Source of the DNA: a bacterium | Lineage (GTDB): Bacteria; SZUA-182; DTGQ01 | Assembly: GCA_040755755.1 (NCBI GenBank) | Contig: JBFLZW010000072.1 | Location: 12,574 to 76,573, forward strand | Direction: 5' to 3' | Length of the DNA: 64,000 nucleotides | Shown: positions 52,171 through 60,974 of the stretch, piece after piece | Numbering within the stretch: the first letter of the stretch is position 1 | Layout: every line of letters starts with the position of its first letter | The notes under the pieces: model-generated | The model's input: only the letters and a program-made list of their open reading frames with translations | Told to the model about the DNA's origin: nothing | Database searches by the model: none | Translations under genes and position numbers: made by a program

Positions 52171-53340
52171 ATGGCCGGCATTCCCTTTTCCTACAGCGTT
52201 CGAAACCTCTGGACCCGCAGGCTGACTACCTTTCTTACTGCCCTTGGCATGGCGCTGGTGGTATTTGTTCTGGCTTCGAGTCGGATGCTGGCCGAGGGGC
52301 TGAAAAAAACCCTGGTCCAGACCGGATCCGCGGACAATGTGGTGGTTATCCGCAAGGGAGCGCCTACCGAGGTCCTCAGCGGTATTGCCCGTGAGCAGGC
52401 AGCCATAGTCGAGTCACAGCCCGAGATCGCGCTCGGCCCCCGGGGACAGCCCTTGCTGGCCAGGGAAGTGGTGGTCCTGATCAACCTTCAAAGGCGGGAG
52501 AGCGACAGACAGGCGAATGTAGTGATCAGGGGCATCGGCGAGCGCTCGATGCTCCTTCGGCCCAAGGTGAAACTGGCGCAAGGACGCCTGCCAAGGCCGG
52601 GGACATCGGATATTATCGTCGGACGGAATATCGCCAGAAGATTTCAGGGAAGCGGCATCGGGGAAACTCTCCGCTTCGGCCTGCGGGAGTGGACGGTAGT
52701 GGGTATATTCGATGCCGGAAATACCGGCTTTGGCTCGGAAATATGGGGTGATGTCGATCAGCTCATGCAGGCTTTCCGCCGTCCGGTCTATTCTTCGATC
52801 ATCTTCAGGCTGAACAGAATTTCGCATTTTCAGCAACTGAAGGCAAATATCGAAACCAACCCGCGCCTGAGACTGGAGGTCAGGCGGGAAATCGAATATT
52901 ATGCAGAGCAATCGAAATGGATGGCTAAATTCCTGCGTGTTCTGGGAACGACATTGACCGTGATCTTCTCGCTGGGAGCCGTTATCGGGGCCATAATCAC
53001 CATGTATGCCGCCGTGGCCACCAGAACCCGCGAAATCGGGACCTTACGCGCTCTCGGCTTCCGGCGCACAGACATCCTCTCGGCCTTTCTCTTCGAGTCC
53101 CTGCTCCTCGGCTTTCTGGGCGGTGTGGCAGGCCTGTTTTTTGCCTCCTTCCTGCAATTTTTAACCATCTCGACCACGAACTTTCAAACCTTCTCGGAGC
53201 TGACCTTTTCCTTCTCCCTTTCCCCCAGGATAGCTTACCAGGCCCTGGCTTTCTCACTGATCATGGGCCTCGTGGGTGGAGTGCTCCCGGCCTTCAAGGC
53301 TTCACGCATGAATATCGTCGAGGCGCTTCGGGCAGGTTGA
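52171..53340 (+). CDS. ABC transporter permease (FtsX/MacB-type), second copy
   Basis: 389 aa with the same architecture (TREIGTLRALGF). Confidence 0.8.
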   Translation: MAGIPFSYSVRNLWTRRLTTFLTALGMALVVFVLASSRMLAEGLKKTLVQTGSADNVVVIRKGAPTEVLSGIAREQAAIVESQPEIALGPRGQPLLAREVVVLINLQRRESDRQANVVIRGIGERSMLLRPKVKLAQGRLPRPGTSDIIVGRNIARRFQGSGIGETLRFGLREWTVVGIFDAGNTGFGSEIWGDVDQLMQAFRRPVYSSIIFRLNRISHFQQLKANIETNPRLRLEVRREIEYYAEQSKWMAKFLRVLGTTLTVIFSLGAVIGAIITMYAAVATRTREIGTLRALGFRRTDILSAFLFESLLLGFLGGVAGLFFASFLQFLTISTTNFQTFSELTFSFSLSPRIAYQALAFSLIMGLVGGVLPAFKASRMNIVEALRAG

Positions 53341-53359
53341 AAGGTAAATCGGTTAGTAT

Positions 53360-53388
53360 TTGACATTATTTTAATGAACTAGTATATT
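53360..53388 (+). promoter_or_regulatory. Sigma70-type promoter (TTGACA-17-TATATT)
   Basis: -35 at 53360-53365 and -10 at 53383-53388, about 80 nt upstream of the 53471 start. Confidence 0.55.
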
Positions 53389-53470
53389 ATATAAAAAGCT
53401 ATATTTCATTCCTGCTTTCGATTATGAAAGAAAGCCTCTCTAGCTACCACAAAGAAAAAGGAGAAAATGA

Positions 53471-55900
53471 GTGATACCAGGAAAAGTTATCAGAACAATG
53501 TCTGTTGTGTCACTGTTTCTTGCTGTGGTTTTGCTTGCCGTTATGGCTGACGGAATGGCCGGGGCCACGAATATCGTGGTTAATCCCGGCTTCGAGGACA
53601 GAACCCAGTGGGAGGATTGGCCAAGACCCTGGTGGGCTGAAAATGAAGGGAGAAACTGGTCACGTGAGAATACGGTATCTCATTCCGGCACATGGAGCTT
53701 CAAGGTCACCTATCCAACCGCACAGCCGCACAACCTGGCTGGTCAGGGGATCACGGTAACGGGGGGTGAGTTTTATCAGGTCGGTGCCTGGATCAAGACT
53801 CAGAACGTAACCGGCGATGGAGCTACCATACGGATTGAATGGCTTCGCCAGGATGGAGGATATTTAGGTGGAGAGTATGGGTTCCCACGGGTCAGCGGGA
53901 CCAGGGACTGGCAATTCATCAGCCTTTCCCAGGTGCAGGCTCCGGCCACAGCCACACGGGCTATCATCTACCTTGAGCTGACTGATGGATCGGCCGGAAC
54001 GGCCTGGTATGATGACGCTATTGTCGAAAAATGTATCAGGGCTGCTTTAAGCTCATTTATTCTGCGCCCCAACTATGCATACAAGATCCTGCCGGATGCT
54101 CCTTCTCCGGAAATCGAAGCCGAAGTTACTGTAAGCCTCGAAGACGGCGATTCATCCCTGGACCAGGTAAAAATCGTGGCCACCCTGAAGGATCAAAACG
54201 GGAGTACGGTCGTCCACAAGAATGTCGATCCTCTCCCTTCGAGTACCTTTACCGTCAGCCTGGATATGCCTGCAGGCGCACCGGCGGGAAATTATGATCT
54301 GGACATTGCGCTCTTTGCCAAAAGCGGCGGCCAATTGGCCCAAAATGCCTACTCGATGGATAAACTCTCCCAGGTCCAATTTGCCAGCCTCACCTCCTAT
54401 ATCGACAGTCATAACCGCTTCATCCTCAATGGAGAGCCCTTCTTCCCGATCGGCATCTATCTGGGAGTTGAGCCCCAGTGGGGGTATTCCCAGGCTGATG
54501 AAATAGCTGACAGCCCCTTCGACACCATCATAAATTACGCGATCAATGCCGGCAATACCAGTCAAATCACCGGCTACCTGGATTACCTGCACTCGAAGGG
54601 TCTCAAGCTCATTTACTCCCTCAAGGACGAGACTGACCTCACTATCATATCCCAGAAGGTGACTGCCTTCAAGGGTCATCCGGCAATCATAAGCTGGTAT
54701 ATGAATGATGAGAGGGGCCTGGAGTTTCTTCCTGAATTGGAAGCCGGCTACCAGAAGGTGCGGGAGCTTGACGAAAATCATCCGATCTGGTCAGTCCATT
54801 GGCAACAAACCTCTCTGGTCGGGGAAGCCCATACAACGGATATCCTGGGAGTTGATCCCTACCCCATACCTGCCAGCCCCATCACCCTGGTTTCAGATAT
54901 GGCAGATTGGGCCAAAGATGCGGGCCGGGGATACCGCCCCCTCTGGCTGGTTCCGCAAATATTCGATCAGAGCAATTACGACCGCCCCGGAAGGCTCCCC
55001 ACCCCGGAAGAGATGCGGGCCATGACGTATCTGGCCACCAATCATGGTGCCAGGGGGCTTGTCTATTATTCGTATTTCGACATCCGCTCCAAGCCCTACT
55101 ATCAGACCCACTGGGCAGCGGTAAAAAAAATCGCCAGTGAGATCAAATCCCTGCGGCCGGTATTTCTCTCTCTTGAAAAGACCGGCGAAAACGATATTGT
55201 CTGCAGCAATACCAGCATTGACTGCAAGCTGATGAAAAATGGGAACAGCTATTATCTTTTTGCCGTCAATACCCTGCAACAGGATATCACCAGCGCCTCG
55301 TTCCAGATCAACCTGGCCTATAGACCGGCGATAATCAACACTGAATTCGAAGACGGCCGTCAGATCGAGGCCACAAACGGCAGGTTCACCGATGACTTTT
55401 CGCCGTATGAGGTCCATATCTATCAATTCGACAGGCCAACCCTGATCGAGCTGGGCAAATTCACTGCCACCCCTCAGTCGGACCGGATTATTATCACCTT
55501 CAGCACCCTGAGCGAAACCAATACCGCAGGGTTTAACCTCCTGCGCAGTGAGGAAGAAAACGGAGAATACGTTAGAATCAATCCCCACATCATCGAAGCA
55601 CGGGGCGGAGTTACTCAAGGGTCGGATTACTCTTATGCCGATACCGCAGTCAGTCGCGGGATCACCTACTACTATAAACTGGAGGAAAAAGATACGGGAG
55701 GCGGGAGCGCCCTTTACGGCCCGGTTTCGGCTGCGCTCCCCGCAGACAGACCTTCCGGCGGGAGCTCTGGCTCGTGCTTTGTTCTGCTGCCCTATTTCTG
55801 GCCCCGACCACCGGCAGCATGGCCGTTTTCCTGGTTATCACCGCGCTCCTTCCCGCACCACCCGCACCCGCTCTGGTGGGGGAAACCCAGCGAGCACTGA
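53471..55900 (+). CDS. Secreted protein: CBM4/9-like sugar-binding module plus a TIM-barrel glycosidase-like region plus an Ig-like C-terminal domain
   Basis: 809 aa with a signal peptide. NIVVNPGFED..W fits a CBM_4_9-type start. The central region resembles GH-like barrels (WYMNDE). The C-terminus has a FlgD-Ig-like block (GFNLLRSEEENGEYVRIN..YYYKLEE) and an odd P/W-rich tail. Confidence 0.45.
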   Translation: MIPGKVIRTMSVVSLFLAVVLLAVMADGMAGATNIVVNPGFEDRTQWEDWPRPWWAENEGRNWSRENTVSHSGTWSFKVTYPTAQPHNLAGQGITVTGGEFYQVGAWIKTQNVTGDGATIRIEWLRQDGGYLGGEYGFPRVSGTRDWQFISLSQVQAPATATRAIIYLELTDGSAGTAWYDDAIVEKCIRAALSSFILRPNYAYKILPDAPSPEIEAEVTVSLEDGDSSLDQVKIVATLKDQNGSTVVHKNVDPLPSSTFTVSLDMPAGAPAGNYDLDIALFAKSGGQLAQNAYSMDKLSQVQFASLTSYIDSHNRFILNGEPFFPIGIYLGVEPQWGYSQADEIADSPFDTIINYAINAGNTSQITGYLDYLHSKGLKLIYSLKDETDLTIISQKVTAFKGHPAIISWYMNDERGLEFLPELEAGYQKVRELDENHPIWSVHWQQTSLVGEAHTTDILGVDPYPIPASPITLVSDMADWAKDAGRGYRPLWLVPQIFDQSNYDRPGRLPTPEEMRAMTYLATNHGARGLVYYSYFDIRSKPYYQTHWAAVKKIASEIKSLRPVFLSLEKTGENDIVCSNTSIDCKLMKNGNSYYLFAVNTLQQDITSASFQINLAYRPAIINTEFEDGRQIEATNGRFTDDFSPYEVHIYQFDRPTLIELGKFTATPQSDRIIITFSTLSETNTAGFNLLRSEEENGEYVRINPHIIEARGGVTQGSDYSYADTAVSRGITYYYKLEEKDTGGGSALYGPVSAALPADRPSGGSSGSCFVLLPYFWPRPPAAWPFSWLSPRSFPHHPHPLWWGKPSEH

Positions 55901-55977
55901 AACGTTACGGAGTCCTCTTGAGATACCTTTCCCTCACCTGAGTCTCTAATACTACAACGAGACATGGAAGAATGATC

Positions 55978-56050
55978 CTCCCGCAGAGGCGCAGAGGCGC
56001 AGAGAATGACCAAAAATAATATCCTCTGCGCCTTCGCGTCTCTGCGGGAG
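55978..56050 (+). terminator. Long imperfect hairpin built from GCGCAGAG octamers (candidate terminator)
   Basis: ctcccgcagaggcgcagaggcgcagag - 19-nt loop - ctctgcgccttcgcgtctctgcgggag, about 78 nt after the 55900 stop. Confidence 0.5.
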
Positions 56051-56125
56051 AAATACCAACCCTTTTATTTTCTCACTTGCCACCTTTTTTTAACCTGGGG
56101 AACATCTGGGCCCTGGGTATATAGT

Positions 56126-56154
56126 TTGACAGAAATGTAATTATCCTCTATAAT
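56126..56154 (+). promoter_or_regulatory. Consensus sigma70 promoter (TTGACA-17-TATAAT)
   Basis: -35 at 56126-56131 and -10 at 56149-56154 are both perfect consensus. It lies about 55 nt upstream of the DEAD-box helicase start. Confidence 0.7.
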
Positions 56155-56208
56155 ATAGAAATCTATCAAAGTGACAATTCTTTAAGGAGAGGATATCAAT
56201 TATTTTCT

Positions 56209-57714
56209 ATGGACTTCGCATCACTGAAAATACCAGAAGCGGTTCTGAAAGGGATTGAAGCTGTCGGCTTTACCGAATGCACTTCGATCCAGGAAGCAAC
56301 GATTCCCCTGGCCCTGGAGGGAAGGGATATTGCCGGTCAGGCACAGACAGGGACCGGAAAAACCGCAGCCTTTTTGATTGTCCTGTTTACCCGCCTCCTG
56401 GAAGACCCGCCACCTCCTGACGGGTCCCCAAAGCATGCCCGCGCGCTCATCATTGCTCCCAGCCGGGAGCTGGTAGTCCAGATTCATAAAGACGCTATGG
56501 CCATAGGTCAATATACCGGACTGACCATGGCTCCCATCTTCGGAGGAATTGATTACCAGAAACAGGCGCAAACCCTTCGAAACGGTGTGGATATCATTAT
56601 CGGTACTCCGGGCCGGTTGATCGACTACTACAATCAGAAAATGTTCAGCCTCAAACACATCAAGATCCTGGTCGTAGATGAGGCGGACCGGATGTTTGAC
56701 ATGGGATTTATCCGGGACATCCGGCATATTATGCGCAGGCTCCCCCCCTATGACCAGCGGCAGAGTATGCTGTTTTCAGCAACGCTGTCCACCAGGGTCA
56801 TGGAATTGACTTATGAACATATGAACATGCCGGAAAAAATCGTGATCAATCCGGAGCAGATGACCGTAGACCGGGTCGAGCAATCCCTCTATCACGTGGG
56901 CAAAAACGAGCGCTTCAGCCTTCTGATGGGCATCCTGAAAACGGACGGCTGTGACCGGACCATGATCTTTTCCAATACGCGTCGCGAAGCCCAACAGATT
57001 ACCGATTACCTGCGGGCCAATAATTACCAGGCCCAGGCAATCACCGGCGATCTTCCGCAAAAAAAACGGCTGCGCATCCTGGAGAGTTTCAAGCAGGGCC
57101 GCCTTCCCATTCTGGTAGCCACGGATGTCGCTTCCCGCGGAATCCATATTGACGATGTCACCCACGTCATTAACTACTGCATTCCGCAGGATCGGGAGGA
57201 TTATGTCCACCGCATCGGACGCACAGCCAGGGCCGGAGCGGCCGGAAAGGCTATCAGCCTGGTCTGTGAGGACTGTGCCCTGTACCTGGAAAACATCGAG
57301 GAATTTATCAAGGGGAAAATTCCCGTGTACTGGGCCGAGGATGAGCTTTTGTTGAAATACCAGCGCCCGGCCAGGAAGAGAAGCCCATCACCCCAAAAAG
57401 GAGAGGGGCAAAGGCGCAGCGGCGACAGCAGGAAACACCATCCCAGAAAAAAAAGAGCATTTGCAGGCAGGTCAGGTTCAGGAAATGCTCAACTTGCCAG
57501 GGCTGCGGAGAATAAACCGGCAGAGGAAGAAAAGGCGGCGCATTCCAGCGCGGTTCCCGGCCAGAAGATTTCTAGCGGAGAGGTTCCGGCAAAAAAGAAG
57601 CGGCGACGCCGACGCCGAAAACGAACCCGAAGTGATCAGGCCCACAAGAAGCCGGAGGCAGGATCTTCTGAGGCCGAAGCCCCACAGGCACAGTCCCAGG
57701 AGACAGGCGGTTGA
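56209..57714 (+). CDS. DEAD-box ATP-dependent RNA helicase with an Arg/Lys-rich tail
   Basis: 501 aa with a Q-motif region, AQTGTGKTAAF, VVDEADRMFDMGF, SAT and HRIGRTARAG. The C-terminal tail is basic (KKKRRRRRRKRTR). Confidence 0.9.
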   Translation: MDFASLKIPEAVLKGIEAVGFTECTSIQEATIPLALEGRDIAGQAQTGTGKTAAFLIVLFTRLLEDPPPPDGSPKHARALIIAPSRELVVQIHKDAMAIGQYTGLTMAPIFGGIDYQKQAQTLRNGVDIIIGTPGRLIDYYNQKMFSLKHIKILVVDEADRMFDMGFIRDIRHIMRRLPPYDQRQSMLFSATLSTRVMELTYEHMNMPEKIVINPEQMTVDRVEQSLYHVGKNERFSLLMGILKTDGCDRTMIFSNTRREAQQITDYLRANNYQAQAITGDLPQKKRLRILESFKQGRLPILVATDVASRGIHIDDVTHVINYCIPQDREDYVHRIGRTARAGAAGKAISLVCEDCALYLENIEEFIKGKIPVYWAEDELLLKYQRPARKRSPSPQKGEGQRRSGDSRKHHPRKKRAFAGRSGSGNAQLARAAENKPAEEEKAAHSSAVPGQKISSGEVPAKKKRRRRRRKRTRSDQAHKKPEAGSSEAEAPQAQSQETGG

Positions 57715-57715
57715 G

Positions 57716-57740
57716 AGTGGTCAGTGATCAGTGGTCAGTA
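57716..57740. repeat. Heptamer array (GTGRTCA)3
   Basis: agtggtcagtgatcagtggtcagta starts 2 nt after the helicase stop, between convergent genes. Confidence 0.8.
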
Positions 57741-57774
57741 GAAAAAGCATACTGAAGATCGATCCCTGACAACT

Positions 57775-58758
57775 TCAGACTGATAGCTTTTTTCTCAAAG
57801 AGCTGGCTACCTCGCAGGCACGGCTGGCCAGCTCCGGGCTGATCAGCCCCAGGGCCACAGCCCTGTCCAGTTTTTCCCGATCGACAATCTGGGGTACCAG
57901 CCCCGGCTTTTGAACTACATCGATATGCAGATCCAGGTAGCGGATGTGATCAGGATAGAACTCGATGGGGGTGTTGATATTCCAGTAGGTTCCCTTCAAT
58001 GAGCCATCCTGAGCATAGTAGGAGTGCTGTAAAAACCAGGCGTTTTCCGTAACTTCCGTAATTCCATAATCCCCCTGTTCGATGGGAAGTCCAAGGCCAT
58101 CATAGCAACCGTGAGCTTCGGAAAATTCTCTCCGCATGACCAGATGGCTGTTTTCCAGGGAGATGATTTTCCCTCCCCGAAGTGAAATTTCCTGCCCTTC
58201 CGGATGGACATGAATCAGGCCGATCAGCCCTTTCTGGCGGCTCAAGGGGCTGAGAACGATGGTTTCCCGCAGCCCTTCCTCCAGCTTCGCCTTGAGGAGA
58301 GGCATAGAGCGGATCGCCTCTTCCGCCAGTTCGACCCATAGCGAGGAAACAATTTTCAGCAGATGATGGTTCCGTACGGTTGGCGTTACCCGGTCCCGGA
58401 GGGTATCAAGGGCTGCTTTCGATGCTCCGGGAAATTCTATTTCCATTTCGAGCTCAGCCTCGATCGGACATTCCCCTGCCCGCTGCCCGAATCCGGCAGG
58501 CCGCACAGCCATATCGAGGAAGTGGCTTCTGAACAGCGAGATCAATTGCACAACCAGTTCCCTGTCTCCTGAAAGCAGCACGCCCTGGTGATCTTCGCGG
58601 TCACGGATCTTGATATCCCCGGGGGATTTTACTCCCGAAAATCCAAAGCGCTCCTGGATCTGCCGGGATGGCCGGGCGATTTTATACCCGTGGTCAAGGA
58701 GAAACCGGGTCAGGGCGGTGGAATAGAAGCCGCGGATTTTGACTGACGGTGCAGGCAT
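57775..58758 (-). CDS. FAU-1 / RNase-E/G-like RNA-binding protein with a DUF402 domain (archaeal-type)
   Basis: 327 aa. The N-terminus VKIRGFYSTALTRFLLDHGYKI closely resembles archaeal FAU-1 (IRGIYSTALTKLLLD-type). The C-terminus has YWNINTPIEFYPDHIRYLDLHIDVV (DUF402). Confidence 0.55.
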   Translation of the reverse strand: MPAPSVKIRGFYSTALTRFLLDHGYKIARPSRQIQERFGFSGVKSPGDIKIRDREDHQGVLLSGDRELVVQLISLFRSHFLDMAVRPAGFGQRAGECPIEAELEMEIEFPGASKAALDTLRDRVTPTVRNHHLLKIVSSLWVELAEEAIRSMPLLKAKLEEGLRETIVLSPLSRQKGLIGLIHVHPEGQEISLRGGKIISLENSHLVMRREFSEAHGCYDGLGLPIEQGDYGITEVTENAWFLQHSYYAQDGSLKGTYWNINTPIEFYPDHIRYLDLHIDVVQKPGLVPQIVDREKLDRAVALGLISPELASRACEVASSLRKKLSV

Positions 58759-58789
58759 TTTTTCTCCGTATCACCGGCTGATATAAGGG

Positions 58790-59833
58790 TTATGGCCAGA
58801 AGCCGACCCCTTCGATCCGGATCATGCCGCTCTCCTCCGCAGTCTTGGCTCCAAGGATTGTATTGACCAGCCACAGATTGGTTTCGATATGCGGGGTCAT
58901 TTGAGGAATACGGTATTCGGTGGTCCCTTTGGCCAGTCCGGCAAAGAGGATCAACTGATCAGCCAGGTGCCGGTCCACCGAAGCTCCGGACCGAAGGTCC
59001 GCAAGGAGCATGCGGGCCACCTGGTCTGCGATCCACTCCGACCTTCTGCCGGGCTTGCCTGCCAGATCCGCCCCAAGAAGGCAGCCGGCCCGGGTGGATG
59101 CAGCCACAAAGAGGGCGGCTCCCTTCTGGACTGCCGAGGTGTCATCGATTATCTCGAACCGGGCTTCAAGACCGTTTTTGTGCAATATCTTCTGACAGGT
59201 TTCAGCCATGCGCTGGCTGACCTTCTGCTCCGCAAGGTGAGAGGAGAGGGAAATGCCCTGCACCTGCCGGATATCTCCCTGGACAGGCAGAGAAATACCC
59301 GAAAGGGACTGATCACAGGGAGCGGTGATAAGCTCGATCTTTCCCTGCCCCTGCGGTACATAGCCGGGTTGAAGGATTTTCAGCTCCGCCTTCAATCCCA
59401 TGGTGGCCAGAAGGGGCAGGAGGGCATGCTGCATATGGTAGGCGCTGGGAGCGAAATCCTGAAACAGCCCGCCGGTGATCGTAAAGCTGTGGGGCTGGCG
59501 GGAGAAGACAGCCAGGGGCAGGATGCCGAAGGCCAGCATGGTGGTTGATCCGGCAGTGCCGATATCCCAGGAAAAGTCCCGGCGAAGGACTTTGGCCGGG
59601 CCGGGACGATAGAAAATTTCACCTGAGCCGACCTGTGCTCCCTCCACCCTGCCTCCCGTCATCTCGCAGCAGGCAAGAAGGGCCGTAAGATGCTGCGGGC
59701 GAAGCCCGGGTTTGTCCCTCCTGGCCCGGATATTGACCAGATGAAGGTCTTCTCCCAGCAGGGAGGCAAGGCTCACTGCAGAGCGCAGGATCGTTCCGCT
59801 TCCTGATTTTGTGGCCCCATCAAGTTCGATCAT
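58790..59833 (-). CDS. rtcA: RNA 3'-terminal phosphate cyclase
   Basis: 347 aa with LDGATKSGSGTILRSAVSLASL, RARRDKPGLRPQHL and GADLAGKPGRRSE, matching RtcA length and family blocks. Confidence 0.8.
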   Translation of the reverse strand: MIELDGATKSGSGTILRSAVSLASLLGEDLHLVNIRARRDKPGLRPQHLTALLACCEMTGGRVEGAQVGSGEIFYRPGPAKVLRRDFSWDIGTAGSTTMLAFGILPLAVFSRQPHSFTITGGLFQDFAPSAYHMQHALLPLLATMGLKAELKILQPGYVPQGQGKIELITAPCDQSLSGISLPVQGDIRQVQGISLSSHLAEQKVSQRMAETCQKILHKNGLEARFEIIDDTSAVQKGAALFVAASTRAGCLLGADLAGKPGRRSEWIADQVARMLLADLRSGASVDRHLADQLILFAGLAKGTTEYRIPQMTPHIETNLWLVNTILGAKTAEESGMIRIEGVGFWP

Positions 59834-59879
59834 AGGTAATCTTTTCTCTCCGGCTAGCAGCTTTTCCTCAAGAGATCAT

Positions 59880-60260
59880 TTTACCGTACCAGTATGCCGA
59901 TCGACTCCCTCCTCAAGAAGTTCTACCCGCTCATAGAGTGTCTTACGGGAGTCAGGTTTACAAACCAGAATAACATTAAAGCCTATAGCTAACAATGCGT
60001 TACATATAGACTGCTTACAGTACAGATCATCCCCTCATATAGTTGCCCCCATATCGCTATATTTCCCACCACGATTTTGAATCCAGCGCTTGGCTGCCGC
60101 CTTCTCACAATCCTGTTTCTCACTCCCATCCGGGGGTAAAATGAACTCAGGAGCAAGCGCGCAATGCTGTCAAGGGGACGGCTTCGAGCGGGGATGTGTC
60201 CGAATGGCTGAAGACCGCCAGGGAGAAGCTGCGGCAGGGTTGCTGCAGGGGGGCGGTTCT
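59880..60260 (-). pseudogene. Transposase remnant (frameshifted, with internal stops)
   Basis: My minus-strand translation gives ..DGSEKQDCEKAAAKRWIQNRGGKYSDMGATI* and then, in another frame, GDDLYCKQSICNALLAIGFNVILVCKPDSRKTLYERVELLEEGVDRH. This resembles the central region of a DDE transposase family. No intact ORF is present. Confidence 0.4.
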
Positions 60261-60268
60261 TTTATTGA

Positions 60269-60847
60269 TTATTCTTTCTGCTTTGTCATGAGGAATTGAA
60301 GGATAGTATGATTGAGCTGAGAGATTTCCTGCCTGACTTGTCCGATCTGTGTATCAAGTTTCTGTCCAACCTGTCCGATCTGTGCATCAAGTTTCTGTCC
60401 AAGATTATCTATTCTTTGATTTATTGCTCCGATTTCCTGCCGTAATTCTCCCCCCTGATTGTCAATTTTCTGGTTCATTTGATCTATCCGTTGAATCAAT
60501 AAAGTGCTTACGGTATCAATTCGCTGGTTTAATTGATTACTTAAAGAGTCAATCTTGTTATTGAAGAATCTGGAATCCTCTTCCTGACGATGTTTAACTT
60601 CATCCATAATGGTATAAATATCATCCAGTACCGTTCTTTTTAATGCCTTTGCTGTGGTTTTTGCTGTTGCGGCGAATGGTTCTTTCATTTTGGATTCCCT
60701 TGACACTTGATTGGTTTTTCTCTTTGAGAGTCTATCCACCGTTGAATTTCCTCTTCCTCTATCGTGAATCTTAATATCTTGAATCTTAATGGCCTTCCGA
60801 TCCTCTATGACGGCATCTCGTCGGTTTTGATCCTTCTTTTTATCCAT
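60269..60847 (-). CDS. Small coiled-coil protein with internal 11-aa repeats
   Basis: 192 aa with a basic N-terminus, then repeats (NQRIDTV, QRIDQMNQKIDNQ, NQRIDNLGQKLDAQIGQVGQKLDTQIGQV). Confidence 0.5.
   Translation of the reverse strand: MDKKKDQNRRDAVIEDRKAIKIQDIKIHDRGRGNSTVDRLSKRKTNQVSRESKMKEPFAATAKTTAKALKRTVLDDIYTIMDEVKHRQEEDSRFFNNKIDSLSNQLNQRIDTVSTLLIQRIDQMNQKIDNQGGELRQEIGAINQRIDNLGQKLDAQIGQVGQKLDTQIGQVRQEISQLNHTILQFLMTKQKE
60336..60401. repeat. 33-bp tandem duplication inside the coiled-coil gene (31/33 identical)
   Basis: acttgtccgatctgtgtatcaagtttctgtcca / acctgtccgatctgtgcatcaagtttctgtcca, encoding GQKLD(A/T)QIGQV twice. Confidence 0.9.
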
Positions 60848-60974
60848 AGAGGACTAACCATCAGTAATTCAGCCAGTTCCTTTGTCGTGTAAGACTCTTT
60901 TTCCATTACAATCTTACCTTATCGTTAGGCAGCAAATCTATTTTTTTCAAGTATTCTAATTGTATACTTAAATA

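Noticed and set aside
55548-55949. Alternative-frame 133-aa ORF at the end of the secreted-protein gene as the true C-terminus
   Set aside because: Its sequence is Arg/Pro-rich with no sorting-signal features. It was kept only as a possible frameshift check under findings.
58790-59833. Classical rtcBA-rtcR RNA repair operon
   Set aside because: No RtcB ligase or sigma54 activator RtcR gene is adjacent. The partner gene is FAU-1/DUF402-like instead.
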